Virus record (IMG/VR): IMGVR_UViG_3300028833_000053
From: a virus
Taxonomy: Duplodnaviria; Caudoviricetes
DNA: 64,000 nucleotides
Reading direction: 5' to 3' (one strand)
The position numbers and the translations under genes are program-made. Below, piece after piece: positions 9,064-18,925 of the stretch (positions are counted from its first letter, which is position 1; every line of letters starts with the position of its first letter). The notes beneath the pieces are model-generated. The model had not been told where the DNA came from. It saw nothing but the letters and a program-made list of their open reading frames with translations, and searched no databases.

Positions 9064-10281
9064 TCAGTGGAAACAAGGACAATGCGCCGCAGTATCCATA
9101 TCCCTGAACTTCTGACCATCTTCCACCCAGAACTTCTGGAAGTTGAAGTCATCGGCCAAGAAGTTAAACCGCTTGAACCCGGGAAGGTGTTCACAGAAGG
9201 AACAGGTGCATCCCTCACCAAATGCGTTGATGTAGAAACTCAGCTTGAACCCCTCACACGGCTCGCAGTACTTCACCAGATAGGGCTTGCCACGTTCGCG
9301 GTAGTATTCCTGAACCATGCCACAAGAGCAGGAGTCAAAGCCATAGCCAATGCCAATCTTCTCGCAACGCTGAATCACGGTGTCAAGGGTCTCAAACGAG
9401 AGGGTGCAAGGCAGCTTGCTTGCACGTCCAACGGGTTTGCAGCGGAGGAACACGATGTTGCGCAGACCTGCCACCTTGCCACTCTCGATGTCGCCAAGCA
9501 CCTCTTCAACAAACGGAAGGTTTGCGTCGGAAAGCACGATGTGCATGTTGCAGAAATGGGGCGAACGCTCGTTGAACCTGTTGATGGTGTTGTAGCAGAG
9601 GTTCTTGTCGGTTTCATAGACGGACACCGCCACACGTCCACAGTACTTGAGGGTAGCCTCAAATATCTCGTCATTGAGATCTGCGCCAGAAAGGGTGTAG
9701 TTGGGAACGATGCCCATGTCCTCGCGCAGCCAACGGAGCATTTCCACGAAATCGGGATTGGTTTGGACGCCCGTGATGCCAATGGCAATCTGTCCAAGGT
9801 TGCGCGGGAACTTGCATACAACCTTCTGGAAGTCAGCCAGGGTTATGTTGGAGGCGGGCTTGTCGGAGTTGTTCTTGTAGCAGAACTTGCAATTCGCGCC
9901 ACCAACACGGGGGCAACCGTTTATGGAAATCTCGAAGTCAAGGATTTCGGGTCCAAGCGGACACCAAGTTGGGTCCGTCTCGGCGTCCTTGCCAAGCCTC
10001 GCGTTGAAGCCAGTGGTCTTGTTGAAAATCTGGAAGTAGTCAAGGTCCGTGTCATTCACCACGAACTTGGCCGATTCAGAATCCACAACAACCCAATGGC
10101 TGTTCTTGCCATCAACCACGATGTCGTACTCGTACACCTTGGCGTTGACCAGCTCGCTCGGCCTGATGTTCAAGAAAGCCTTTGCGTCCGGAATGGTCTT
10201 TGACGCGAAGCACTGCTTGATGTACTGGTTCACGCACTTTTGCGCGGCGGCCAAAGCCTTGTTGTTTTTGATTTCATCCAT
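9064..10281 (-). CDS. Radical SAM enzyme with CX7CX2C motif and C-terminal Cys-rich (SPASM/twitch-like) region
   Basis: CPRVGGANCKFCY; later FDSCSC, CEPCEG, CTCSFC, CPC. Confidence 0.8.
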   Translation of the reverse strand: MDEIKNNKALAAAQKCVNQYIKQCFASKTIPDAKAFLNIRPSELVNAKVYEYDIVVDGKNSHWVVVDSESAKFVVNDTDLDYFQIFNKTTGFNARLGKDAETDPTWCPLGPEILDFEISINGCPRVGGANCKFCYKNNSDKPASNITLADFQKVVCKFPRNLGQIAIGITGVQTNPDFVEMLRWLREDMGIVPNYTLSGADLNDEIFEATLKYCGRVAVSVYETDKNLCYNTINRFNERSPHFCNMHIVLSDANLPFVEEVLGDIESGKVAGLRNIVFLRCKPVGRASKLPCTLSFETLDTVIQRCEKIGIGYGFDSCSCGMVQEYYRERGKPYLVKYCEPCEGFKLSFYINAFGEGCTCSFCEHLPGFKRFNFLADDFNFQKFWVEDGQKFRDMDTAAHCPCFH

Positions 10282-10293
10282 TTCTGTTTCCTT

Positions 10294-10608
10294 TCAATTT
10301 TCACGCTTGAAAAATTCCCAGTTGTCGTTCCAGCAATCGCATTGGCAATACACCACCTGCGCATAGCCCTTGTTCAGCAGATTGTCCTTGAACTTGTCCC
10401 AATCCACGATTGTAGGTCCGTGGTCAAGGGTAGTCTCTTCGTCCTTGAACCACCCAATGCGCCTGCGCACCTGACCAAGGACATGCGCCCATGCCGCTTC
10501 CTTCGTCGGAAAGTGCCAATACTTCTCGTCCTCGATGTCACCGCGCCACCAATAGTGGATGACATATTTGTTGCGTTTGCGATTCCTCTGACGGTTGCTC
10601 ATTTTCAA
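10294..10608 (-). CDS. Hypothetical protein
   Basis: First ORF after the promoter at 10633-10661; AAGGAG SD. Confidence 0.6.
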   Translation of the reverse strand: MKMSNRQRNRKRNKYVIHYWWRGDIEDEKYWHFPTKEAAWAHVLGQVRRRIGWFKDEETTLDHGPTIVDWDKFKDNLLNKGYAQVVYCQCDCWNDNWEFFKREN

Positions 10609-10632
10609 CTCCTTGTTTCCTTCAACACCAAC

Positions 10633-10661
10633 AGTATATCATATCCGGGAGGGAAAGTCAA
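10633..10661 (-). promoter_or_regulatory. Sigma70-type early promoter
   Basis: TTGACT-17-TATACT. Confidence 0.8.
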
Positions 10662-10686
10662 GGGGGTTTCCGCTCAAATTTTTACT

Positions 10687-10890
10687 TCAAAACTCGGTGA
10701 CGTTGCCATCCTTGTCCTCAACGGCAACCGGGGTACGCTCCATAACCACAAGGTCTTGATTGAAGTTGATGTCGGTGGTCGGCCATTCCTGCATTGCCTG
10801 TTCAATGGCATCCTCCGGCGAGTTTGCCAGGATGGGCAGTGTCACGGTGCCAAACACCTCGTAGGTGACTTTGTATGGTTTCATTTCCAT
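10687..10890 (-). CDS. Small hypothetical protein
   Basis: MEMKPYKVTYEVFG...; abuts the HNH gene. Confidence 0.55.
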   Translation of the reverse strand: MEMKPYKVTYEVFGTVTLPILANSPEDAIEQAMQEWPTTDINFNQDLVVMERTPVAVEDKDGNVTEF

Positions 10891-10891
10891 T

Positions 10892-11191
10892 TCATTTTCC
10901 TTTCCGCTTGTTGGACATTTTGGAGCTGCCCTTGAAGTCGGGATGCTTCCTGCGCCATTCAACGAACTTGCGCATCCTCGGCTCGGCAAGCAGAGCCTCC
11001 TTGGTGTTGTAGAGGGTCTTCAATTCGTAGTTGGAGAACAGGGCGTGTATCTGCGAATGGCACTCTGTGCATACCCAGAGGAAATTGCCCTCGTCCGTCT
11101 TGAGGTACTTGTTCTTGTGGCGTGATTGCGAAACTGGTATAAGATGATGTACCGTCAGTTCGCATTCGTTCCCACACAATTCACACTTCAT
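10892..11191 (-). CDS. Small HNH endonuclease
   Basis: CELC...TVHHLIP...CTECHSQIH. Confidence 0.8.
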   Translation of the reverse strand: MKCELCGNECELTVHHLIPVSQSRHKNKYLKTDEGNFLWVCTECHSQIHALFSNYELKTLYNTKEALLAEPRMRKFVEWRRKHPDFKGSSKMSNKRKGK

Positions 11192-11862
11192 TTGTCAGCT
11201 CCTTTTTGACGTGCTTCAATGTTTTCTATGATTCTCTCACATGTTTGCGCCAGTCTTGAATTGTAGTAGTCAGACACCGCTTGTGCTTCTTTTACGTCAC
11301 GTTCTCTGAACTTTTCAGCTAGCCTGGTCAAATTGTTTGCATACTCAGCCCCGGCATATATGAAAATGCAAAAATGATAGCCGCACTTGTTTCCATGCCA
11401 GTTTGAACGGTATTGTAACCTATTTGACAGGCTGTCAAAGATGCCATGAAGCGTCCATGTCACGCAATCATGCTTTGTTAGCCTCCAGACGTCTCCGCCG
11501 CATTCGTCATAGAGATTGCATAGCACTTCATACATGTCCTTGAACCTGAAGAACTTGTAGGTTGGTATTATGTAGTAATACGCCAAGCATTTGCCCAAGT
11601 CGTAGTGTTCTGTATCAATTTTGCCTATGTCCTCAAATATGGGAATTGTCTTGATTCCGTAAATCAGGTCATTGCTTGTGAAATCTCTCAAATCATAAGC
11701 AGGAGGTATGTCGCCTTGTTCAAGACGATATTGGCTGTATTTAATTTTGTTAGCTATGATTTGCTTCACCATGGCTGCAATTTCATCATTCACTTTAGTT
11801 GTCTTCTTCGTCTTCTTGCCTGTTTCTTCATCGTTTATCATACACATACCTCGCTCTTCCAA
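11188..11862 (-). CDS. Hypothetical protein
   Basis: 224-aa ORF in the operon; start uncertain. Confidence 0.6.
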   Translation of the reverse strand: MEERGMCMINDEETGKKTKKTTKVNDEIAAMVKQIIANKIKYSQYRLEQGDIPPAYDLRDFTSNDLIYGIKTIPIFEDIGKIDTEHYDLGKCLAYYYIIPTYKFFRFKDMYEVLCNLYDECGGDVWRLTKHDCVTWTLHGIFDSLSNRLQYRSNWHGNKCGYHFCIFIYAGAEYANNLTRLAEKFRERDVKEAQAVSDYYNSRLAQTCERIIENIEARQKGADK

Positions 11863-12190
11863 GCATCCTCATCGTCTTTCCATCTATGTTAGTTCTCTTC
11901 AATGGCTTTTCGTCCTGGGAAAACAAGGTTATACGTAAAGCCAACAATCCCATCATTCTCCCAATATGGACATCCACTATCCTGCTTGTAAGGGACTTGT
12001 CCATCAAAAAGCAAAACAAATCGTCTTTCATCTTTTTTCCATGGAAGCCATTGACCCAAGCGCAGCCCAATGTATCAAGGTTGTTGCTGTGGGAATACAC
12101 GTCCACGCTAACAACATTACTTGTCTTGCTTTCCTTTACCAAATTCCTCAACTGGGAATTCAGTTCCTTTCTGGTGATTGTTTTCCTCAT
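11828..12190 (-). CDS. Member of 5-copy paralog family (L[MF][DE]xS...TN[IL]D)
   Basis: FLMDKSLTSRIV ... RTNIDGKTM. Confidence 0.65.
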   Translation of the reverse strand: MRKTITRKELNSQLRNLVKESKTSNVVSVDVYSHSNNLDTLGCAWVNGFHGKKMKDDLFCFLMDKSLTSRIVDVHIGRMMGLLALRITLFSQDEKPLKRTNIDGKTMRMLGRARYVYDKR

Positions 12191-12316
12191 AATAACTTCT
12201 CCAGCCATCCCATCTTGCAGATTAACGCAACCAAGCCAAGTCCAAGAACCATTCCGATCAACATGCCAGCCAACTGGCATAGGACGGAAACCAAAATGTG
12301 CTTTTTGCCCATGTCG

Positions 12317-12505
12317 TCATACCTCCAGTTTCATAACGGACTGGGACATCACACCCCAGTTGTGTCCGGTCACTTTCATGATGCGTCCCTTGATTTCCTT
12401 GATTGTGCCTTTCGCCAACAGCACCTTGCTTCCGTAGCCGGCGACCTTCTTGATGTACACAACCTTGTCGCCGACCTTGACTTCCTGATTGAATGCGTCA
12501 GTCAT
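12317..12505 (-). CDS. Small KOW-like protein
   Basis: DAFNQEVKVGDKVVY, similar to 6698-6949. Confidence 0.6.
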   Translation of the reverse strand: MTDAFNQEVKVGDKVVYIKKVAGYGSKVLLAKGTIKEIKGRIMKVTGHNWGVMSQSVMKLEV

Positions 12506-12870
12506 TTCATTGCCTTTCCGGTTCCATCGTACTCAAACCTCGTTTCCATTATACGCTCCATGAATTCACCATCAATGTTCGTTTGATATTCCTTGTCGGG
12601 CATGACTGTCAAGTTCACGCAGATTGAACTGTCCTTCGTGAACTTGACGTTCCCATACGAAATGTTTACGATTCTGTGGGTGAAGGACAAGTCCATCAAC
12701 CGCGCCACAACCTTCTCCTTCTCGGAAAGCATCTCCCTCTCGTCAATGTACATCACACCATCCTCGTCGGAGAAATTAATGGTGAACATCAAGACGGGAC
12801 TGACAGAAGATGCCATTTTCACGTCTTCAAGCTGCCTGAGAAGTTTCTTTCTGGTTGGTCGCTTCAACAC
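12502..12870 (-). CDS. Member of 5-copy paralog family
   Basis: RLMDLSFTHRIV ... QTNIDGEFMERI. Confidence 0.65.
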   Translation of the reverse strand: MLKRPTRKKLLRQLEDVKMASSVSPVLMFTINFSDEDGVMYIDEREMLSEKEKVVARLMDLSFTHRIVNISYGNVKFTKDSSICVNLTVMPDKEYQTNIDGEFMERIMETRFEYDGTGKAMK

Positions 12871-13220
12871 GCAACCCCCTTCTGGAATTCAAGTTTGGAA
12901 ATCGCGTCAATGAAATGGCTGTCTATGTTCGTGGTTGAGTTGTCATCGTTCTCAACAAGGAAGATGTAGCAGTAGGGATACATGTCACTTGGCCGGATTC
13001 CACATACGCTGTAGGAAAGGGATTTTTCAAAGAGGAATGAAACAAGGGATTCGGTGTCCCAAACAACCTCATCGTATCCCCTCTCCACTTTGCCATCCAA
13101 CTGGCACAGGTAGAACTGAACCAGAGCAACCTTGTACCCACGCGAAAACTTCCGCAGGACTGGCTTCAAGCATCTGAACAGTTCAGTCCTTGTCAATGCT
13201 CCGTTGTCTGAGTTCATCAC
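12864..13220 (-). CDS. Member of 5-copy paralog family
   Basis: FLFEKSLSYSV ... TTNIDSHFIDAI. Confidence 0.65.
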   Translation of the reverse strand: MMNSDNGALTRTELFRCLKPVLRKFSRGYKVALVQFYLCQLDGKVERGYDEVVWDTESLVSFLFEKSLSYSVCGIRPSDMYPYCYIFLVENDDNSTTNIDSHFIDAISKLEFQKGVAC

Positions 13221-13544
13221 TCAACCTCCCCACTGCCTTTTCAGAAAATCAAGGACGGCATCAATGCTCTCTGAATCCAAATTCGTGTTCAGGTATTGAT
13301 GGAGATTTTGCAGATTCAACGTCACGCAATACGTACCAATTGGTTTTATGCCACAACATCCAACACTGGACACGCCATGTGAAAGCGAAAGTTCAAACAG
13401 AAGCCCGGCCACGGTGTCTATGTCATGGCACTCGTATGTTTTCTCCAACTTCCATTCGTTCCAGACCAACACGCAAAACCGTAGTCGGTAAATGTCCGAA
13501 ACTGACAAGGCGTTGATTTCCTCTATGAACTTCTGCTTCGTCAT
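13221..13544 (-). CDS. Member of 5-copy paralog family
   Basis: LLFELSLSHGV ... NTNLDSESIDAV. Confidence 0.65.
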   Translation of the reverse strand: MTKQKFIEEINALSVSDIYRLRFCVLVWNEWKLEKTYECHDIDTVAGLLFELSLSHGVSSVGCCGIKPIGTYCVTLNLQNLHQYLNTNLDSESIDAVLDFLKRQWGG

Positions 13545-13550
13545 TTCAAT

Positions 13551-13850
13551 TCACACGTCTAGTCTTGATGACTTGAGGTCCGAAAGCCCCTTGATGGGAA
13601 CGCTCACGACACCCTTGGTGGTGTCAATCTCATTGCGGGTCAGATGCCAGAAATTCCACTCCACCGTCTCGCCATTGTCAAACTTCGGCTGGCACAAGGG
13701 TATTGCCTTGTATACGCCACCAAATCCATCAACAATGATAGCCCATTCATGGTCTATTCCGGCGCCGACACCGCAGGAGCACACGATATCCCCGACTTCA
13801 TATTCGGGGACGCGCTCTTCAACCACTTTCTTTTTCGTAAGCACTTTCAT
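13551..13850 (-). CDS. Hypothetical protein
   Basis: 99-aa ORF in the operon. Confidence 0.6.
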   Translation of the reverse strand: MKVLTKKKVVEERVPEYEVGDIVCSCGVGAGIDHEWAIIVDGFGGVYKAIPLCQPKFDNGETVEWNFWHLTRNEIDTTKGVVSVPIKGLSDLKSSRLDV

Positions 13851-13865
13851 TTCAATCTTCCCGTG

Positions 13866-14087
13866 TCACTGCTTCTCAAAACTCTTCTGCTTGATTGCTA
13901 CTTTTCCACGCAAGTCCGGCTGGTCAAAGATAATGCCTCTCCTTGCCAGTTCGGCCAGTCCTCTTGTGGTGTACTCCGTAAGGCGAAACTTCGTATCAAT
14001 GTTGAACACCGCCCATTTGCCCTGGTCTTTGAGACGCGCCTTTGGCGTACGGTGTATCTTCCGAATCCTTGGAACTGCCTTGTCCAT
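13866..14087 (-). CDS. Small basic hypothetical protein
   Basis: GAGGGG SD before ATG. Confidence 0.5.
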   Translation of the reverse strand: MDKAVPRIRKIHRTPKARLKDQGKWAVFNIDTKFRLTEYTTRGLAELARRGIIFDQPDLRGKVAIKQKSFEKQ

Positions 14088-14097
14088 CGTTTCCCCC

Positions 14098-14967
14098 TCA
14101 CCCAAGCAGATACTTCTTGATGAATGACTTCTTGGTTTCATCGTCAAACTGCGTCAGCTTCTCAAAGTACGCCATGAACAAATCCTCCTTGGAATCAAAC
14201 CCAGTCTTCTCAAAGAAGTAGTCAAGTCCCTCCTGGTTGAAGAGACGTTCCACGAACAGGGCAAGGCGGGCGTTGAACTTGTAGGAGTTGCCGACAACCT
14301 TGTTGATTTCCGCGAAAATCTGCTTGTGGCTCTTCTTGGTCTGGAACCAGTTGCGCACCCTCATCTTGTCCTTCTCGGTGGCATCGCTGCACCACTTCAT
14401 AATCCACGCCTTGAACTCAGCGGCCTTGTCGTCAGTCAAGCCCTCGTCAGTGTGGTCTGAGTCAAAGTCCGCGTCTTCCATCTTGGACACGTCAAGCAGC
14501 TTGTTGCCAGGAATGTGGAGGTCTGCGCAGGAAATGAGGATTCCAGTGATTTTGGGGTACTTGCGCATCACGGAGGCAAGGCACGGACCATACTTCTTGT
14601 ACCATGAATCAGTGGGCATCACTCCGTCCTTCGTGAACAGAATTATCTCTGACCAAATCCAAAGGGCGGCAAACTCATACGCCTTGTATGCGTTGATTCG
14701 GGTTGGGGCAAGTCCATTTAACTCGTCCATGTCAATGCCCTCGTCCTTGAGGTATTTCCTGACGAAAGTCAGCATCTTCAGCTTCGTCTCAAGGATGGTG
14801 TAGCTGCCATAGTCGTTGTGGTCAGGGACATCTTCGGCAATCAGCTCGCGGTGCTTTGACCATATTTCATCACGGGCTGCCACGTTGAAGTCTACGCCCC
14901 ACTGGAGGAACTTCTGCCGAATTTTGAAGCCCTTGGGCAGTTTGCGAACCTTGATTTCCTTGCACAT
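14098..14967 (-). CDS. Hypothetical protein
   Basis: AGGAG SD; first gene after the promoter at 15024-15052. Confidence 0.7.
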   Translation of the reverse strand: MCKEIKVRKLPKGFKIRQKFLQWGVDFNVAARDEIWSKHRELIAEDVPDHNDYGSYTILETKLKMLTFVRKYLKDEGIDMDELNGLAPTRINAYKAYEFAALWIWSEIILFTKDGVMPTDSWYKKYGPCLASVMRKYPKITGILISCADLHIPGNKLLDVSKMEDADFDSDHTDEGLTDDKAAEFKAWIMKWCSDATEKDKMRVRNWFQTKKSHKQIFAEINKVVGNSYKFNARLALFVERLFNQEGLDYFFEKTGFDSKEDLFMAYFEKLTQFDDETKKSFIKKYLLG

Positions 14968-15023
14968 GGAAAATTCTCCTGTTGAAGCACTCGTAGGGGG
15001 CTTCTTTCCCTCACAACACCAAC

Positions 15024-15052
15024 AGTATATCATATACCGATGGGGAAGTCAA
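15024..15052 (-). promoter_or_regulatory. Sigma70-type early promoter
   Basis: TTGACT-17-TATACT. Confidence 0.8.
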
Positions 15053-15070
15053 TGGGGTCTGAGAATTAAA

Positions 15071-16243
15071 TCACAGCCCCAAAGCCTCCACCAAACGAGA
15101 CGTGAGCATCTTGTCAACGTACTCCTGCGCAGAGCGCACCATAGACTCTTCCTTCTTGGTCTTCGCGTAGACTGAATCAAAGTAGGCGAACGCGAACCCG
15201 GAATACGGACGGATGGTGTTGATGGTGAACACCCACTTGGCGAAGTTCTTCTTGGTGATGGTGTCCCATTCCACCTCCATCAGCTTGTCAATGGCCTCCT
15301 TCACATCCTCCAGATCCTTTACATAGGCATCGTACTTTGCCTTTACCACGTCAAATGCAGCCTTGAACTGGGGGAAGTACACGATGTACTCCGACACCTC
15401 GTTGGCGCGGAGAATCTCCAACACGCGGGTCGGAGACCACACGCCATTGCCAGCCATGTAGTGAAGCTGGACGTAGCGCGGCGACTTCACCTTCACGCGG
15501 TTGAAGTTGGCATCCACCACCACGTATCCCTCCTCATCCTCGGGAAGAATCTTCGCCGCCTCAACGCACTGGTCAATGTTGTGGATGGGGTAGATCTTGG
15601 GCGTGTCGAAAATCTCCGCAAGGGGATGGTCGCCGAAGAACGTTTCCTTGCAAGAAACGTTGTCGCGGACGCCAATGAAGTTCATCTTCGTCTCTTCCCA
15701 ACGCACCACCACCTGATTCCAGGGGGACGTAAGCTCAAAGATGTAGGTGAACCCGGGGGCGAACAGACGGGGGAAGTCCTCCGCCTTGATGCCATAATAC
15801 TTGAAGCCCTCCATGACCAACTCGCCAAATGAGTTGAACGGACAACCCACGTTCTCGGGCAAGTTGCACTTGAAAGCGTCAATCACGCCATTCGTGGAAA
15901 TGAGGAAGTTTCCATCGAGGTTCACAATCTTGATGATGGAACCGTCCAGCTTCTGCGTCACATACGCCGTGCGCCAATCCACCTCGGCCATCCAAGGCTC
16001 TCCATAGTTGAAGAACTTGACGAAGGGGAATGAAACGATTTCCAGCGTATTGGCATCCAGAACCAACCCACGGCACTCCTTCACGATGTCAAGGGAGAAG
16101 TCGGAGCGAATCTGGTCGTACTTGAGCAGAATCAAGTCACGTCCAAACACGTTGTCACGCGAAATTGAAATGCAATAGGGCTCCGACGAGAGCAGGCACT
16201 CCCAATCGGAATTTCCACGGATGAACTCTTGAACTTTCAACAT
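15071..16243 (-). CDS. T4 Rnl1-like RNA ligase
   Basis: ECRGLVL, PFVKFFNYGE, motif I KLDGS, FELTSP, EGYVV, RVKVK. Confidence 0.85.
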   Translation of the reverse strand: MLKVQEFIRGNSDWECLLSSEPYCISISRDNVFGRDLILLKYDQIRSDFSLDIVKECRGLVLDANTLEIVSFPFVKFFNYGEPWMAEVDWRTAYVTQKLDGSIIKIVNLDGNFLISTNGVIDAFKCNLPENVGCPFNSFGELVMEGFKYYGIKAEDFPRLFAPGFTYIFELTSPWNQVVVRWEETKMNFIGVRDNVSCKETFFGDHPLAEIFDTPKIYPIHNIDQCVEAAKILPEDEEGYVVVDANFNRVKVKSPRYVQLHYMAGNGVWSPTRVLEILRANEVSEYIVYFPQFKAAFDVVKAKYDAYVKDLEDVKEAIDKLMEVEWDTITKKNFAKWVFTINTIRPYSGFAFAYFDSVYAKTKKEESMVRSAQEYVDKMLTSRLVEALGL

Positions 16244-16269
16244 GTCTTTTACTCCTTTGAACTACCTAC

Positions 16270-16298
16270 AGTATACCAAAAACGGCCCCGGAAGTCAA
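16270..16298 (-). promoter_or_regulatory. Sigma70-type early promoter
   Basis: TTGACT-17-TATACT. Confidence 0.8.
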
Positions 16299-16345
16299 TA
16301 CCCCTTGGACCGTTTTTTATAACTTCAAATTTCAATTGTTTTGTG

Positions 16346-16588
16346 TCACATAATCATTTCAAAATGGAACGAATCCCAAATGGAAAAGCCCTTGTGGTAA
16401 ACCCCGGCGGCAATCTTCTCAACCGTCTCGGGTTCAACCTCAATGCCCATTTCCTCAAAGAACTCCTCAACCGCCTCCAGGAAGTCAACTCCACGCACTT
16501 CACGGTGATAAGCCACGCACATGTTCTTGCCGACGGCCTTCTTGTCAATGACAATCAGTCCAAGTTTTTTCGTTGATTGGTTCTTCAT
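16346..16588 (-). CDS. Small hypothetical protein
   Basis: GAGGTG SD; TGTAAATA variant motif upstream. Confidence 0.55.
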   Translation of the reverse strand: MKNQSTKKLGLIVIDKKAVGKNMCVAYHREVRGVDFLEAVEEFFEEMGIEVEPETVEKIAAGVYHKGFSIWDSFHFEMIM

Positions 16589-16627
16589 ATAAATTCACCT
16601 CTTATTGATTCAAGAGTATTTACACCT

Positions 16628-16846
16628 TCACTTCACTTTTCCCATGGAACCGATCTTGTCAACAATGGCGTTGGCTTCCGTGAAGATGGTTTCAATGCGG
16701 GCAAGCAGAACCTTCTTGGTTGGCTTCTTGATGAGGTTGCTGTTCTCAATGGCGTTTTTCACTTCAAGCAGGGGATCGTTGCACTTCCTGAAGTTGTTTG
16801 ACACCGTTTCATACAAGTCTGTGATGGTCTCTTTATCCATGGACAT
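16628..16846 (-). CDS. Small hypothetical protein
   Basis: AAGGA SD; TTTACC-17-TATAAT upstream. Confidence 0.55.
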   Translation of the reverse strand: MSMDKETITDLYETVSNNFRKCNDPLLEVKNAIENSNLIKKPTKKVLLARIETIFTEANAIVDKIGSMGKVK

Positions 16847-16899
16847 TTCCTTTTAGATTTCAATTGGGTTATGTTCAATTATACCACAATCACCGGAAA

Positions 16900-16908
16900 T
16901 GGTAAATA
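16900..16908 (+). promoter_or_regulatory. TGGTAAATA late-promoter-like motif
   Basis: 5 nt before the ATG of the LRR gene. Confidence 0.65.
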
Positions 16909-16913
16909 TCTTC

Positions 16914-17561
16914 ATGGCTAGTGAAACATATACATAGAACGCATCGAAGGACATTAACTTCAACCTCACGGAAAACACGTTTGAACGTGACTTGGAAGGA
17001 TTGGTGTTTGCGGGATGGAACAAGGACAGCCCCTGGACAAATGAAGTCCAATACACGGATTGTCAAGAAGTTCGCTTCTCCCAAAACACGAAGTTGTACG
17101 CGATTTGGAAAGAACCCGATTTCAACGTGGTGTACAAATTGCCAAATGAAACCGTTGTAAACTGGAGAAACTTCGAGGGTGGTACAATACCAAGCAAGTT
17201 CTTTAGTTCCTTGAATCCATCGGGAAACCCATTACCGGAAGTGGTCAAGATATATAATGGAGTTACAACCATCGCTGAACAATCGTTCTATGATTGCACC
17301 ACGTTGAAAAAAATTGCCATGGCACGTTGCGTAACAACCATAGGAAAAATGGCTTTTATGGGATGCGGCAAATTGACAGAGATGACAATACCAAGTTCGG
17401 TAACGTCCATAGGGCAAAACGCCTTTGGAAGCACAGGGATCAGAACCTTGACATTTGATGGTATGGACAAAGCAACTGTACAGGCTTTGCCAAACTACGG
17501 AAACTGGGGATTGGGTTCAGGATGCAAACTGAAATGCACGGATGGGGATTTAACCGTATAA
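16914..17561 (+). CDS. BspA-like leucine-rich repeat protein with InlB-B/Listeria-Bacteroides-repeat-like N-terminus (TAG at codon 8)
   Basis: MASETYT*NASK... in frame with ORF 16992..17561; FAGWN...LYAIW; repeats VTTIxxxAFxxCxxLxxxxIPxSVTSIG. Confidence 0.8.
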
Positions 17562-17597
17562 TTGAATTAGGCTCACAAAACGCAAAGGAACTTTACC

Positions 17598-17816
17598 ATG
17601 GACACCACCAACAAGATAATGATGTGCATTCTCGACGACCTTTATTCGGGAAATGGAACAAGGCTTGAAGCGGAATACTCCAAATACTACGAGTCGCTTG
17701 ACCCAGAACAGTCAAAGACGGTTGTGACCGACGCACTCAAGAAACTTTTGAACGAAAATTCTGACGCATCGTGCGATTTCGGGAACACAACCTTCACATT
17801 GACAACAGAAGGTTAA
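17598..17816 (+). CDS. Small hypothetical protein
   Basis: AAGGA SD; follows the LRR gene. Confidence 0.55.
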   Translation: MDTTNKIMMCILDDLYSGNGTRLEAEYSKYYESLDPEQSKTVVTDALKKLLNENSDASCDFGNTTFTLTTEG

Positions 17817-18166
17817 AACTCCATTGATATTATAGGGATTTCAATTTTCCATCCCTTTTGGGGTTCATCTACCTCATCGTATCCGTAGTTTGGAAACATA
17901 AACTTATCTCTATATATTTTAGACTTCTCGGGATGCTCTATCCAATCCTTTACCCAACCCAAAACCCTGGAATCGGAATGGTTCAAGGGATTTGACATAT
18001 ACTCATTGACGTACTTCTTCACGTCCTCTGGCATTTCATAGTTGTGCGTCAAAATGAATTCACGGAACTCATCATCGGTGACTTCGGGAACTTGATTAAG
18101 GGACTCAATGTATTCTGGATTCAGAAACACTGAATCGGGATTTGTGCTGTCAATTTCGGTTTCCAT
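17813..18166 (-). CDS. Acidic hypothetical protein
   Basis: GGTAAATA motif (18174-18181) just upstream. Confidence 0.6.
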   Translation of the reverse strand: METEIDSTNPDSVFLNPEYIESLNQVPEVTDDEFREFILTHNYEMPEDVKKYVNEYMSNPLNHSDSRVLGWVKDWIEHPEKSKIYRDKFMFPNYGYDEVDEPQKGWKIEIPIISMEF

Positions 18167-18227
18167 GATACTATATTTACCTTAGTTTTGGTAAATAATA
18201 TAAACAACCTTAAACTGGGAAACAAAA

Positions 18228-18854
18228 ATGGCAATACACATACACACGTTAAATGGTGGAGACATCACCATAACAACTGGCGGTTCTACCCCCCCCCCAC
18301 CTACGGAACATCCCGAAACCAGATTCACACTTCAAGATGGAACCGTGGAGGAATATGACATTGAAGGAACACTTGACTTTCAATGGATGGCTGACAATGA
18401 GTTCGTTGATGTTAATGAATAGGTATGGCTAAAAACCATAACCGCAGTTGACATTGGAGTTGGCAGTCAAGAACATCCTTTGACGAGCATCGGGGAAGGG
18501 ACGTTCATGGGTTGCAGAGGACTTACGAATCTGACGATACCGGATTCCGTGACGAGCATCGAGGATCAAGCGTTCTACGGTTGCAGTGGTCTTACGAGCG
18601 TGACGATAGGCAGTGGCGTTACGTACATCGGGTGGGAGACGTTCGCCGTATGCAGCGGTCTTACGAGCATGACATTCAACAACTTTGACGTTTCAACTAC
18701 AAAAACCGAAATAACAAAGAGTTATATTTTAGGAACAGACTTCTATGATGAAAACTGGAATCGGATTGAAAAGACCATCCGTGTCAACTGCACAGATGGC
18801 TCGTTTGACATGACATTTGGAACAGACAGTTCAATAACATTCACAGACCTTTAA
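18228..18854 (+). CDS. BspA-like leucine-rich repeat protein (TAG at 18420)
   Basis: ORFs 18228..18422 and 18480..18854 are in frame and separated only by TAG; LRR_5 repeats LTIPDSVTSIEDQAFYGCSGL; TGGTAAATA at 18189-18197. Confidence 0.85.
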
Positions 18855-18925
18855 TGACAGTAACCATCATCATAAAACAACAAAGACCGGCTCTGTCAAT
18901 CATGAGCCAGCCTTTCTTCGTTAAA

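Noticed and set aside
9058-10203. Long plus-strand ORFs (also 1089-1652, 23662-24408, 53993-54844, 56954-57775)
   Set aside because: Antisense shadows of well-supported minus-strand genes, with no motifs or expression signals.
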